This document shows, piece after piece, positions 1 through 9,180 of a stretch of 64,000 nt of DNA. Source of the stretch: an uncultured Actinomycetota bacterium (lineage in GTDB: Bacteria; Actinomycetota; Actinomycetes; Streptosporangiales; Streptosporangiaceae); NCBI GenBank assembly GCA_963695645.1, contig CAVOHC010000004.1:150948-214947 (forward strand), in the 5' to 3' direction. The translations under genes and the position numbers were made by a program. Each line of letters starts with the position of its first letter. Position 1 is the stretch's first letter. The notes beneath the pieces are model-generated. The model was given only the letters and a program-made list of their open reading frames with translations. It ran no database searches and was not told where the DNA came from.

Positions 1-2203
1 GCTTTCCCGCCGAATGATAGACGGACGCCAGGTTGCCCTTCGCGGTCAGCGTGTCACGGTGATCTGGGCCCTGGGTCCGCTCCCGGTCGGCGATGGTCTG
101 CTGGTAGAGGGCGATCGCTTCCTTGAACCGCCGTGCGGCGTGGCAGGCGGATGCCAGGTTAGCGCGCGAGGTCATGGTGTCCGGGTGATCGCGGCCTAGC
201 ACGAGCTCCCGGTCCGCGAGGGCGCGCTTGTATATCGGGATCGCGTCCTTCAGCCGGTCCGCCGAGCGGTAGGCGTAGGCGACGCCGGCGCGCGAGGCGA
301 TGGTGTCCGGATGATCCGCGCCAAGCACGCGCTCCCGGTCGGCGAGGGTGCGCTCGTAGAGCGTTATCGCTTCTGGCAGCCGGCCTGCCGACTGGAGCGC
401 GGCGGCCAGGTCGCCACGGGCGGTGAACGTTTTCGGATGGTCCAGCCCGAGCGCCAGCTCCCGGTCGGCGAGGGTGCGCTCGAAGACGTTGATCGCGTCG
501 GACAGGCGGCCGGCTGACCGGTACGCGGCGGCCAGGTCGCTGCGTGCCGTCAGCGTGTCGGGATGGTCGGGGCCGAGCACCCATTCCCGCCCGGCTAGGG
601 TGCGCTCGTAGAGCGGGATCGCGTCCGACAGCCGGCCCGCGGCCAGGCACACGTGAGCGAGGTTGCTACGGGCCGTCAGCGTCTCCGGGTGGCCGGGACC
701 GAGGATCCGCTCTCGTTCGGCGAGGTTCTGCGCGTGCATCCCGATCGCCTCTTCCAGCCGGCCTGCGGTCTCGTAGGCGGCGGCGAGGTGGTCGTGGGTC
801 AGCAGGGTCTGGGCATGAACGGGACCGAGAATACGGCCGCTCGTGTCGGCCATCATCTGCCAGTAGCTGATGGCCGGCCCGGTGAGCCTGGCACCGTCCA
901 GGCTGCGCCCGGCCCGCAGCAGCACCGGATGGCCTTCTGGCTCCCACAGCAGTTCGGCGGCAGCCTGATGCAGGCTGGCTGTGCACTCTCGCAGGGCCTG
1001 GGCCAGCAGCGGGCTGGTCTCGCGCTGCGGCCACGCCTGGGCAAGCGCGTCAGCTGCGGCCTTGCTGGTTTGTGCAACCACCGCAGGCGGCAGGACCTGC
1101 CGGATCGTTGCCTGGACAAGGCGATGCATCCGGACGGTGTACGCGGAGCTGGCCGGGTCGATGGTCACCAGCGCCGAACGGGCAAGATTCTGCAGGGCGG
1201 CGCGGGCGCTAGCCTCGTCGGCCGCCGTCCCGGCGTGCTGCCGCCCGGTGATGTAGTCGCATGCGGCCCGGCTGGTCAGGACCGCGCCGGGGATGCCGCC
1301 AGAGCCGAGCACCGCGGTCAGCGCCAGGGCAGGGCGCGCCATCCCGGCCGGCGGCATCTGGTCGGCTTGATCGAGGGCCAGGGACCAGGCCGCGGCGGTG
1401 GTCATCCCGAAGCCGTCCGCCGCGCTGAGATTAATGCGCTGCTTCCGGTCAGCGAACTGGATCCGGTAATTCCGGCAGTCGGACCCGGATTCGGCGATCG
1501 TGTCCGCGGCCATGGTCAGCGCCAGCGGAAGGCACGCGAGATCCTCGACCAGATCAAGGGCCTCGATCCGCTGGTGGGGATCGTCGTACAGTTTCGCGGT
1601 CAGGTAGCCCAGCGCTTCGCGGCGGCTGAAGGCTCCGACCTGAAGGATCTTCCGGCCAGGAGCGCGCATCGACGCAGCCTGCAGCCGAGTGGTGATCAGC
1701 ACCCTTCCGGCAGCGCCCTGCGGCCACAGCCCCGCAAGGTCGGCCGGGTCGGCCAGATCATCGAGGACGACCAGCCACGGCCGGCTGGTCTCGGCCAGCC
1801 AGGTCAGGAACCTGGCCGCCACGGCGTCCTGAGCGTCTCCCCGGTCGCCAGCGCCGATCCCGGCGAGCGCCTCGGCGTAGCCAGTCATGATGGCGTCCCG
1901 GCTTACTGCCGGCACCCAGACCAGCAGGTCCGTGGCTTCGGCCTGCCAGACGGAGTGCGCGAACGCGACGGCCAGCTGCGTCTTTCCGGTGCCGCCCGCG
2001 CTGGCCAGCGACTGCCCGTCGATCACCTCGGGGCGGGTGAGCACGGCCGTCTCGCCCGCTGCGAGGTTGCTTATCGTGCCTAACCCGGTCTCCGGCCGCG
2101 GGGTGTAGCAGGCGGCCGGCGGCGGCACCGTGCCCGACTGCAGCGGCCAGCTGCCCGAAGTCGGCGCCTCGCCAGCCCATCTGTTGCTGATTTGGCTGCT
2201 CAT
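1..2203 (-). CDS. STAND NTPase with a short N-terminal region, NB-ARC and TPR repeats (3' end runs off the window start)
   Basis: Absent from the ORF track because no stop codon lies inside the window. My reverse-strand translation from the ATG at 2203-2201 reads MSSQISNRWAGEAPTSGSWPLQSG...VIDGQSLASAGGTGKTQLAVAFAH (Walker A near 1981-1996), then RPWLVVLDDLADP (Walker B) and GRVLITTR. From about 900 down to 1 there are repeated ~42-aa units such as DHPDTLTARSDLAAAYRSAGRLSDAINVFERTLADRELALG (TPR_10/12-like). The Walker A, a mid-gene check (ALDQADQMPP at ~1350-1380) and the TPR units are all in one frame. The + ORF 653..2083 is its antisense shadow. Confidence 0.85.
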   Translation of the reverse strand, partial: MSSQISNRWAGEAPTSGSWPLQSGTVPPPAACYTPRPETGLGTISNLAAGETAVLTRPEVIDGQSLASAGGTGKTQLAVAFAHSVWQAEATDLLVWVPAVSRDAIMTGYAEALAGIGAGDRGDAQDAVAARFLTWLAETSRPWLVVLDDLADPADLAGLWPQGAAGRVLITTRLQAASMRAPGRKILQVGAFSRREALGYLTAKLYDDPHQRIEALDLVEDLACLPLALTMAADTIAESGSDCRNYRIQFADRKQRINLSAADGFGMTTAAAWSLALDQADQMPPAGMARPALALTAVLGSGGIPGAVLTSRAACDYITGRQHAGTAADEASARAALQNLARSALVTIDPASSAYTVRMHRLVQATIRQVLPPAVVAQTSKAAADALAQAWPQRETSPLLAQALRECTASLHQAAAELLWEPEGHPVLLRAGRSLDGARLTGPAISYWQMMADTSGRILGPVHAQTLLTHDHLAAAYETAGRLEEAIGMHAQNLAERERILGPGHPETLTARSNLAHVCLAAGRLSDAIPLYERTLAGREWVLGPDHPDTLTARSDLAAAYRSAGRLSDAINVFERTLADRELALGLDHPKTFTARGDLAAALQSAGRLPEAITLYERTLADRERVLGADHPDTIASRAGVAYAYRSADRLKDAIPIYKRALADRELVLGRDHPDTMTSRANLASACHAARRFKEAIALYQQTIADRERTQGPDHRDTLTAKGNLASVYHSAGK

Positions 2204-2553
2204 GCTGGTGGGGCCGGTGATAATCGTCCGCCGGGCACCCAGACCTCCCTCGCCGCGCTCCGCTCAGTGGCAGCATCACACTACGACGAATATGTCGAGC
2301 GATAAGCGGTATTCCCGAGCCGACCGGATTCAGTTTCCTCCCTGGTGAGGGGCCTGGGCTAGCGGCAGGATGCTGCCAGGCCGTCGGCCGGGGCGATCGT
2401 GGCCCGCCGGGCAGCGATGCTGAGTTAGCTCGGCCGGTCCGGGGCGTCCCCGGCCGGCTGCGCGGGTACGGCGCCGACTAGAGAGCGACCGTTGACGGGT
2501 CGTCCGGATCAGGAATAGTGTCCGGCTTCCTCCAAACTCGCAAAGGGGTAGCG

Positions 2554-3570
2554 ATGCTCGGCTTCGGTGTCACGTTCATGGCTGATCCGCCCGTCTCTGA
2601 GGTGGTGGACAAGACCGCGCTCGCTGAGGAGAACGGGTTCAGCCATGCCTGGCTGTGGGACAGTCACGTTCTCTGGCAGGAGGTTTACCCGATCTTCACG
2701 CTGATGGCGGCGGAGACGACGGGCATTCACGTCGGGCCGTGCGTGACCAACCCGGTGACCAGGGACCCGACGGTGACGGCGTCGGCCATGGCGACGCTGA
2801 ACGAGATTTCAGGCGGCCGGATGGAGGTCGGCATCGGCCGCGGCGACTCGGCGCAGCGGGTACTCGGGCGTGGTCCGGTGCCGGTCGCGGCGCTCGAGCG
2901 GGCCTGTGTGGTCATCCGCGACCTGGCCGAGGGCCGCGAGGTGGACATCGACGGCACGCTGGTCCAGCTGAAGTGGTCGCAGGGCCACCGGCTGCCGATC
3001 TGGGTCGCCGCCTACGGGCCGCGCGCGCTGCGCTGCGCAGGCCGCGTAGCCGACGGCGTCATCCTCCAGCTCGCCGACCCGTTCATCATCGAATGGGCGC
3101 TCCGCTACCTGCGCGAGGGCGCTAGCGAGGCTGGCCGCAGCGAGGCTGACATCAAGGTGATGGCCGCCGCCCCTGCCTACCTCACCGACGACCTGCACCA
3201 TGCCAGGGAGCAAGTGCGGTGGTTCCCCGCGCTGGTGTCTAATCACGTCGTCGATCTGGTCAGCCGGTACCAGGACGCTGAGCTGCCGGGCGCGCTGACC
3301 GACTACATCGCGGCGCGCGAGCGTTACGACTACGCTCACCATGGCCGGGCCGGGTCCGGCAACGCGGATTTCGTCACCGATGAAGTGGTAGACAGGTTCT
3401 GCGTTATCGGCACGCCTGAGCAGGTGCGGGACCGGCTCACACAGCTGATGGATCTGGGTGTTGACCAGTTCAACATCTACTCGATGATCGATGACCCGGG
3501 CGCGCTGATCCGCGGTTTCGGCAGCGAGATCATCCCCGCTTTCAGCCGGCCAGTAGCGGCCGGAGGTTAA
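2554..3570 (+). CDS. LLM-class (luciferase-like) F420/flavin-dependent oxidoreductase
   Basis: ORF 2518..3570. MLGFGVTFMADPP...ENGFSHAWLWDSHVLWQEVYP...GGRMEVGIGRGDS...IWVAAYGPRAL is typical of luciferase-like monooxygenase-family oxidoreductases. The ATG at 2554 follows aaagggg; the alternative start is GTG 2518. Confidence 0.8.
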   Translation: MLGFGVTFMADPPVSEVVDKTALAEENGFSHAWLWDSHVLWQEVYPIFTLMAAETTGIHVGPCVTNPVTRDPTVTASAMATLNEISGGRMEVGIGRGDSAQRVLGRGPVPVAALERACVVIRDLAEGREVDIDGTLVQLKWSQGHRLPIWVAAYGPRALRCAGRVADGVILQLADPFIIEWALRYLREGASEAGRSEADIKVMAAAPAYLTDDLHHAREQVRWFPALVSNHVVDLVSRYQDAELPGALTDYIAARERYDYAHHGRAGSGNADFVTDEVVDRFCVIGTPEQVRDRLTQLMDLGVDQFNIYSMIDDPGALIRGFGSEIIPAFSRPVAAGG

Positions 3571-3635
3571 CCCGCGCAAGCTGGCCGGACACCTGCGACA
3601 CGCGCTGCCGGCTGCGGATAGGCGGCGGACTGCCT

Positions 3636-4040
3636 TTAGGGGTGCCGCCTGGACTGGCGGTCGCGCAGCCTGTCCTCGTCGAGGGCCAGGCTCAGCAGCC
3701 AGCCGACAACGCCGATGATGATCGCTCCCCAGAACGCGGGCCAGAACCCGGTGATGCGGAACGGCAGCGACAGCTTCCCCGCGACCCAGCTTGTGAGCCA
3801 GAGCAGGAGCGCGTTGACGACGAGCGCGATCAGGCCAAGAGTGAGTACGTAAAACAGGCAGCCAACCGTCTTCACGATCGGCTTCAGGACCGCGTTGACG
3901 ATGCCGAAGATCAACGCGACGACGATGAGCGTTCCCACCCGCGAGCCAGCGCTGCCGGCGCGCAGTTCGATGCCGGGAACCAGTGCCGTCGCGAGGAACA
4001 GGGCGCAGGCGGTGATCAGCACCCGGATTACGACCCTCAT
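3636..4040 (-). CDS. Small polytopic membrane protein, DUF360 / phage-holin-4_2-like
   Basis: 134 aa with about four hydrophobic helices. LVVALIFGIVNAVLKPIVKTVGCLFYVLTLGLIALVVNALLLWLTSWV matches the DUF360 pattern. ATG at 4040. Confidence 0.65.
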   Translation of the reverse strand: MRVVIRVLITACALFLATALVPGIELRAGSAGSRVGTLIVVALIFGIVNAVLKPIVKTVGCLFYVLTLGLIALVVNALLLWLTSWVAGKLSLPFRITGFWPAFWGAIIIGVVGWLLSLALDEDRLRDRQSRRHP

Positions 4041-4107
4041 GACCCCATCTTTTCACTGCATCCCGGACAGTAAGTACATACCGTCCTGCTCAGGGTTGGC
4101 TGGGGCG

Positions 4108-4290
4108 TGCCGCGCCTTTCCGGGCCGCACCCTGGGCCTGCCCCGGGCCTTGCCCCCGGCCCAGCCCGGGCCGCACCCTGGGCCTGCTCCGGGCCGTGCC
4201 CCGGCCCTGCCCCCGGCCCTGCGCCCGGCCTCCGGCCTACGCCCGGCCTCCGGCCTACGCCCGGCCCCCGGGCCGCGCAGCCGTCCAGGT
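4108..4290. repeat. GC-rich degenerate low-complexity tract with short duplications
   Basis: ccgggccgcaccctgggcctgc occurs at 4120-4141 and 4166-4187. The 18-bp unit gcccggcctccggcctac is tandem at 4223-4240 and 4241-4258. The tract reads as Pro/Gly/Ala-rich in every frame and no convincing gene covers it. Confidence 0.6.
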
Positions 4291-5312
4291 ACCCCCGGAT
4301 TCATGGATGGCGTCAAGACGGGGCTGCTGGCGATGATGTCTACGACGCCGGACATCAGGCATCAATAGCTGAAGAAAACAGATAAGACTTGCCAGTGCCG
4401 GAATGCGAATAGCGATGATTCACGCTTACCGGCATGTCGCTGGACGGCGCTATAAGCGGCATGGAACTATAAGCGGCCGGGGAAACGACTGCCGTCATCA
4501 GTTATCGGGACCGATCACGGCCGCGGGGGAGTAGTAATGGGATTCGCCTGGGTATCAGCAAATGCAAGTGACTTCGTAATGCCGCAGATGTGGGAGCGCG
4601 CGGCTTTCTCGCCCCGGCACCGTAAACCGCCGCGCTGGTCGCGTCGGCTGCGGGCAGTAGCCGGGCTTGCCCGGCGGGCGTCCGGGGTTCCCGGCACCCT
4701 GCGCCGGACCAGCCGGGTCATCGGCTAGCCGGCCTGGCCGAGGACACGGGCTCGAAGTCGGGGAAACGGACGGAGATTAGCTACCCGGCCCAGGGGATTG
4801 CGATCCTCGCGGGGCGGGCAGGGGGTTCGCGGCCCGGGACCGGGCAGGGAGCGGCTCGGGCCCGCGCGGGACCCGGGCTAGCGGCGCGGCTGGCGGTTCC
4901 GGCTTGGCGGTTCCGCGCTGACGGTCGGCTTTCTGCGCGAGCGGATCGACGGGAGAGCGGGTCAGCAGACTGCGGAGCCAGCTGCAAAGCCTGGCGGACC
5001 GGCCGGAACCGTGTGACCGCTAGCTACTTCCGGCCCGAGCACAACCGTGCGCGGCTGAGATAATGCCGCAATGGTGGAGCATTAGCTGGACATCCTGACG
5101 GTTCGGCTGCTGCGTGATGCGGCCAGCACGTCACTCTTGACGGAGATCGCGACGAACAGCAGGCCCGTCAGCGCACCAGCAACGGCGGCGAGCGCTTCAC
5201 CGAAGCCGAGCCAAATTCCGGTCGTGTACCCCACCGGACGACCTCCCAGATCAGCCCGTGACCACCATCGACCATTGGCGACGGAACGCCGCAAGTGAGC
5301 GCAGGCGGGTCG

Positions 5313-5567
5313 CTACTTCCACCGGAAGTGCACGAATAGCCGACCGAAGTTCTTGGAATCCTTTTCGACGCGGTGGTACAGCGCTTTGATGTCCTTACGC
5401 TCCAAAAACCTCAGCACGTGCTTCTTGAGCTGGCCAGATCCCTTCCCCGGGATGATCTCTACCAGCGGCGCCTTCTTCCGGACCGCCTCGTCGATGATGT
5501 CTTGCAGCGCGCGATCGATGTCCTGGCCGCGATTATAGATGTCGTGCAGGTCGAGCTTGAGCTTCAT
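5313..5567 (-). CDS. Stand-alone Smr (small MutS-related) domain protein, 84 aa
   Basis: MKLKLDLHDIYNRGQDIDRALQDIIDEAVRKKAPLVEIIPGKGSGQLKKHVLRFLER...; the LDLHG-type start and the IIPGKGSG motif are characteristic of Smr domains. GC is about 53% by hand count over 5341-5400, well below the neighbourhood. Confidence 0.75.
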   Translation of the reverse strand: MKLKLDLHDIYNRGQDIDRALQDIIDEAVRKKAPLVEIIPGKGSGQLKKHVLRFLERKDIKALYHRVEKDSKNFGRLFVHFRWK

Positions 5568-5659
5568 CTGGCCGTCTCCGATCGGCTAATGCGTCCACGC
5601 TACGCTGAGCGCCGGTGCTAGTCGGCGGCCTGCCGTCTGCCAGGCGAAATGGAGATCTA

Positions 5660-6061
5660 ATGCTTTTCGGGGACGAGCACGTCAGGCGCTACGTTGCGAC
5701 TGATGGCGAGGAAGGGTACCACTGGCAGGGCACGACCATCCTGATCCTCACGACGACCGGCCGGCGGACCGGCGAGCAGCGGCGGAACCCGCTGATCTTC
5801 CGCGAGCACGATGGCACTTACTTGGTTGTGGCGTCCAAGGGCGGCTCCGACGCGCCGCCCGCCTGGTATCTCAACTTGCAGGCCAGCCCCGAGGTGACCG
5901 TACAGGTGCGGGGCGAGAAATTCGCTGCCCGGGCCCGCACGGCGACGCCGCAGGAGAAGCCGGCCCTCTGGCGGGAGATGACCGAGGTCTGGCCCGCGTA
6001 CGACGAGTATCAGCGCAAGACCGAGCGGGAGATCCCGGTCGTTGTGCTCGAGCGATCCTGA
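5660..6061 (+). CDS. Deazaflavin (F420H2)-dependent nitroreductase-family oxidoreductase (DUF385/Ddn-like)
   Basis: Starts at M16 of ORF 5615..6061. ILTTTGRRTGEQRRNPLIFREHDGTYLVVASKGGSDAPPAWYLNLQASPEVTVQV...ERS is the family signature. Confidence 0.8.
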   Translation: MLFGDEHVRRYVATDGEEGYHWQGTTILILTTTGRRTGEQRRNPLIFREHDGTYLVVASKGGSDAPPAWYLNLQASPEVTVQVRGEKFAARARTATPQEKPALWREMTEVWPAYDEYQRKTEREIPVVVLERS

Positions 6062-6294
6062 CGCCAGCCTGTCCGGCTGCAGTGGCCATCCGGCCGTACC
6101 GCCCGCGGGTGGGACGGCAAGCCCGCGGCGGGACGGCAGTCTCGATCCCGGTAGCTATGAATCAATCAAAGGCCGCGATAGTGTGCCCACCAGGAAATAT
6201 CTGGGCTAGACCTGCCGCCGCCGTCTCATTCGCCTGCTGGGCAGACCCGCCCGGCCCCCGGCCCCCGGGCCCCTGCCCCCCAGGGAGAACGTTC

Positions 6295-7735
6295 ATGCGC
6301 TTGTTGATGCCTGTGGTAGCCGCTGCAGGCTCGGTCACCCTCACCCTCGCCATGACCAGCGCGGCCGCAATCGCGCCGGCCGCTGCCACCGGTCCCGTGG
6401 CCGCGTCATCGGCCTCGGCGGTGGTCATCCGGCCGGACGTGATTCACGTGGCCGGCGCGCTGAAGTCACCACCCACCACGGCCTTCTGTGAGAAGCATTA
6501 CCAGATCGCCTGCTATCTGCCCAAGCAGATCCAGCGGGCATTCGGCCTTCCCGCGCTGTACCGTCATACGGTCCGTGGACGGCGCCTCAACGGCCACGGC
6601 CAGACGATCGTCATCGTCGACTCGTTCGGTTCCCCGACGGTCAGGCACGACCTGAAGGTCTTCGATAAGCGTGCAGCGCTCCCTGCGCCGCCGTCACTGC
6701 GGGTGATCCAGCCGGCCGGTACGGTCGCGCCCTACAAGCCCACCTCTGACCGGGTGGGCTGGGCAGGCGAGACCGACCTGGATGTCGAGTACGCGCACAC
6801 GATCGCCCCGGGCGCGGGCATCCTGCTGGTCGAGACCCCGACGGCGGAGAACGAGGGCACGACCGGATTCCCGCAGATCGTGAAGGCCGAAGAGTACGTG
6901 GTCAACCATCACCTTGGCGGTGTGATCAGCCAGAGCTTCAGCGCGACCGAGCAGACGTTCCCGTCCAGGCGGTCCCTGCTCAACCTGCGCGGCGCCTACA
7001 CTGACGCGGCGCGGAAGGGCGTGACCGTGCTGGCGGCATCGGGCGACAGCGGCGCGGCGGACGTGCGGTACAACGGGAGCACCTACTACCTGCGCCCGGT
7101 CACCTCGTGGCCGGACAGTGACCCGCTGGTGACCGGCATCGGCGGGGTCCAGCTGCACCTGAACGCGGCAGGCCAGCCTACCAGTCCGCCGACCGCGTGG
7201 AACGACACCTACAACATCCCGACCAACAGGTTCATTTCCGGTAGCGATGGCCCGAACCCGCTGGCTGGCGGCGGCGGCAAATCAGTGGTCTTCAGCCGCC
7301 CCGGCTATCAGGCCGGCGTGCGGAGCGTCGTCGGGCGCAGCCGCGGTGTGCCCGACATCTCGATGAGCGCTGCCTGCAACGGCGCTGCCGACATGTACCA
7401 GAGCTTCGCGGGCCAGCCGGCGCTGGTACCCGACCTGCGGGACGAGCGAGGCGACCCCCGAGTTCGCGGGCATCGTGGCCCTGGCCGACCAGGTGGCGGG
7501 GCACCCGATAGGCCTGATCAACCCTTACCTCTACCAGTTGCTGGCCGGCCACAAGCCCGGCATCGCGGATATCACCAGCGGAAACAACACGGTGTCGTTC
7601 CTCCAGGGGGGCAAGCTTCACACCGTCCACGGGTTCGACGCGCTCGCCGGATACGACCTGGCATCGGGGGTAGGCACCGTGAACAGCAGGTTCTTCGTCT
7701 TCGAACTTGCCGGTGCGGCAAGCCACCGTGGCTAG
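6295..7735 (+). pseudogene. Secreted S53 (sedolisin/kumamolisin-type) serine peptidase with a reading-frame break near 7423
   Basis: The ATG at 6295 (M72 of ORF 6082..7920, after gggaga) gives the signal-like MRLLMPVVAAAGSVTLTLAMTSAAA. Family motifs present are GETDLDVEYAHTIAPGAGI and AASGDSGAAD. The nucleophile motif WYPTCGTSEATPEFAGIVALADQ and the true C-terminus (ORF 7475..7735) are in the next frame. After codon GCG 7420-7422, a single nucleotide separates the two frames. Confidence 0.7.
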
Positions 7736-7989
7736 CCGGGATCGGCGTCGGCTGGCGCCAGCTAAGCGAGCTGCGGGGCAGCCCTGCGAGTCCCGGCGTG
7801 GCCACGCTGTGCCATCTGCCGGGGCCTGAAACGACCCGCGACGGCGCGACGGCGCAGGCATTCCGGCCGGGAAACCCGGTGCCCAGGGGACCGATCCGTT
7901 CGCTGGAGCGCCCCGAATAGTGGGTATGAGCACAAGCGATATGCGCGCATCGCAACAACGCCCGCGCGCAGGACAAGGCAATCTCGGCC

Positions 7990-8319
7990 GTGCTGACCGC
8001 TCCGGGCGCCCGGATCCTTACCGCGCACTCGACCGTCGGCGGCACCGGCACGGTCGTCGTCGCTGTCAGCCAGCAGAAGCTGATCTTCACGGCCAGCGGT
8101 CTGCCGCCGCTGTCCGCCGCCAAGGTATATCAGCTCTGGCTGATGGGACCGCCGCGGACCCGGTCGGCCGGGCTGATTCCGCTGGCCGCCGAGGGCCGTA
8201 CTGCGCCGCTGCTCGCCGCCGGCCTGCGTGCCGGCGATCAAGTAGGGGTGACCGTCGAGCCCGCAGGCGGCACTTCCCAGCCGACCACCACGCCGATCCT
8301 GGTCATGCCCGTGCCGTAA
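7990..8319 (+). CDS. RskA-type anti-sigma-K factor C-terminal (extracytoplasmic) domain only; probable gene remnant
   Basis: AVLTAPGARILTAHSTVGGTGTVVVAVSQQKLIFTASGLPPLSAAKVYQLWLMGP...VGVTVEPAGGTSQPTTTPILV matches the RskA C-terminal domain. In this frame a TGA lies at about 7925, so the N-terminal anti-sigma and transmembrane parts are absent. Confidence 0.5.
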   Translation: MLTAPGARILTAHSTVGGTGTVVVAVSQQKLIFTASGLPPLSAAKVYQLWLMGPPRTRSAGLIPLAAEGRTAPLLAAGLRAGDQVGVTVEPAGGTSQPTTTPILVMPVP

Positions 8320-8391
8320 CCGCGTCGGGCGGCGTCCCGGCCGGGCTGCGCGCTACGCTGCGATGGTGCGCGCGGCGACGGGCCAGGCGCC

Positions 8392-9180
8392 GTGATCTGT
8401 GTTCTCGGCGATGCCCATCTCGATGTCGTGGTTGCCCTCGCCGGACCAGTTGCGGAGGAGACCGACACCGACGCGTCCATCTCGGCCGCCGTCGGCGGCC
8501 AGGCCGCTAATGTCGCGGCGTGGGTGGCCGAGCTTGGCGGCAGTGCGCGGCTGATCGCGGCACGCGGTACTGACCTGGCGGCCGGCCTGGTGGCCGGAGA
8601 GCTCGCGCGCCGCGGGGTGCACCTTGTCGGGCCGGTGATCGACGGGCGTACCGGCGTGGTCGTCTCGCTGTCAGCGGGGGGCCGCGCCCGGTCGATGCTC
8701 ACTGACCGCGGGGTCGGCCCGCGACTGACGGCCAGTCATGTCGACCGCGAGTGGGTAGTGGGCTGCGAATGGCTGCACCTCCCCGCCTACAGCCTGGTCG
8801 CCGAGCCGGTGCGCGATGCGGCTCTCGCCGCGGCCGTGGTGGCGACCCGGCTGAGCGTCGACCTGTCCTCGACCGCGGCGCTGCTTGGCTATGGTGTCGG
8901 GCGGTTCCGGCGGCTGATCGCGCGCCTGGGCCCCGAGGTGGTGTTCGGCAACGAGGCCGAGGCGGACCTGATCGGGGACCTGCCCGGGGCCCAGCTCGTG
9001 GTTAAGCTGGGGGCGCGTGGCGTGCGCGAGGGCGGGACGGTCTACCCGGCGCTGCCCACGCGGCCGGCCGACGCGACCGGTGCCGGCGACGCCTTCGCGG
9101 CGGGCTATCTGGTCGGCGGCATTCACCTCGGCCTGGCGGCTGCGGCGCGCGCCGTCGCGAAGATGGGGGCAATGCCATGA
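8392..9180 (+). CDS. PfkB-family carbohydrate/nucleoside kinase (pseudouridine-kinase context)
   Basis: GGQAANVAAWVAELG...VVFGNEAEADLI...ADATGAGDAFAAGYLVG are PfkB motifs. Its stop overlaps the psuG start (ATGA at 9177-9180). Confidence 0.75.
   Translation: MICVLGDAHLDVVVALAGPVAEETDTDASISAAVGGQAANVAAWVAELGGSARLIAARGTDLAAGLVAGELARRGVHLVGPVIDGRTGVVVSLSAGGRARSMLTDRGVGPRLTASHVDREWVVGCEWLHLPAYSLVAEPVRDAALAAAVVATRLSVDLSSTAALLGYGVGRFRRLIARLGPEVVFGNEAEADLIGDLPGAQLVVKLGARGVREGGTVYPALPTRPADATGAGDAFAAGYLVGGIHLGLAAAARAVAKMGAMP

Noticed and set aside
653-2083. 476-aa + strand ORF, the longest track ORF at the left edge
   Set aside because: Its sequence is Arg/Gly/Pro-rich with no recognisable family. 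It lies exactly antisense to a well-supported NB-ARC/TPR gene (Walker A/B and TPR units on the minus strand), so it is a typical high-GC shadow ORF.
2809-4056. 415-aa minus-strand ORF overlapping the LLM oxidoreductase and the holin-like gene
   Set aside because: It is Arg/Pro-rich with no motifs and is antisense to a clear LLM-family gene. It is also out of frame with the real DUF360 gene at 3636-4040.
4053-4385. Pro/Gly/Ala-rich ORFs (4053..4355 -, 3895..4368 +, 4107..4385 +) as proline-rich proteins
   Set aside because: They are open in several frames only because of the C/G-only repeat tract. None has a start context, signal peptide or domain.
5082-5294. 70-aa minus-strand ORF with one hydrophobic helix (LTGLLFVAISV)
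   Set aside because: It is too short, has no clear start or RBS and matches no recognisable family. It may be a fragment of a membrane-protein gene, so I did not annotate it as a CDS.
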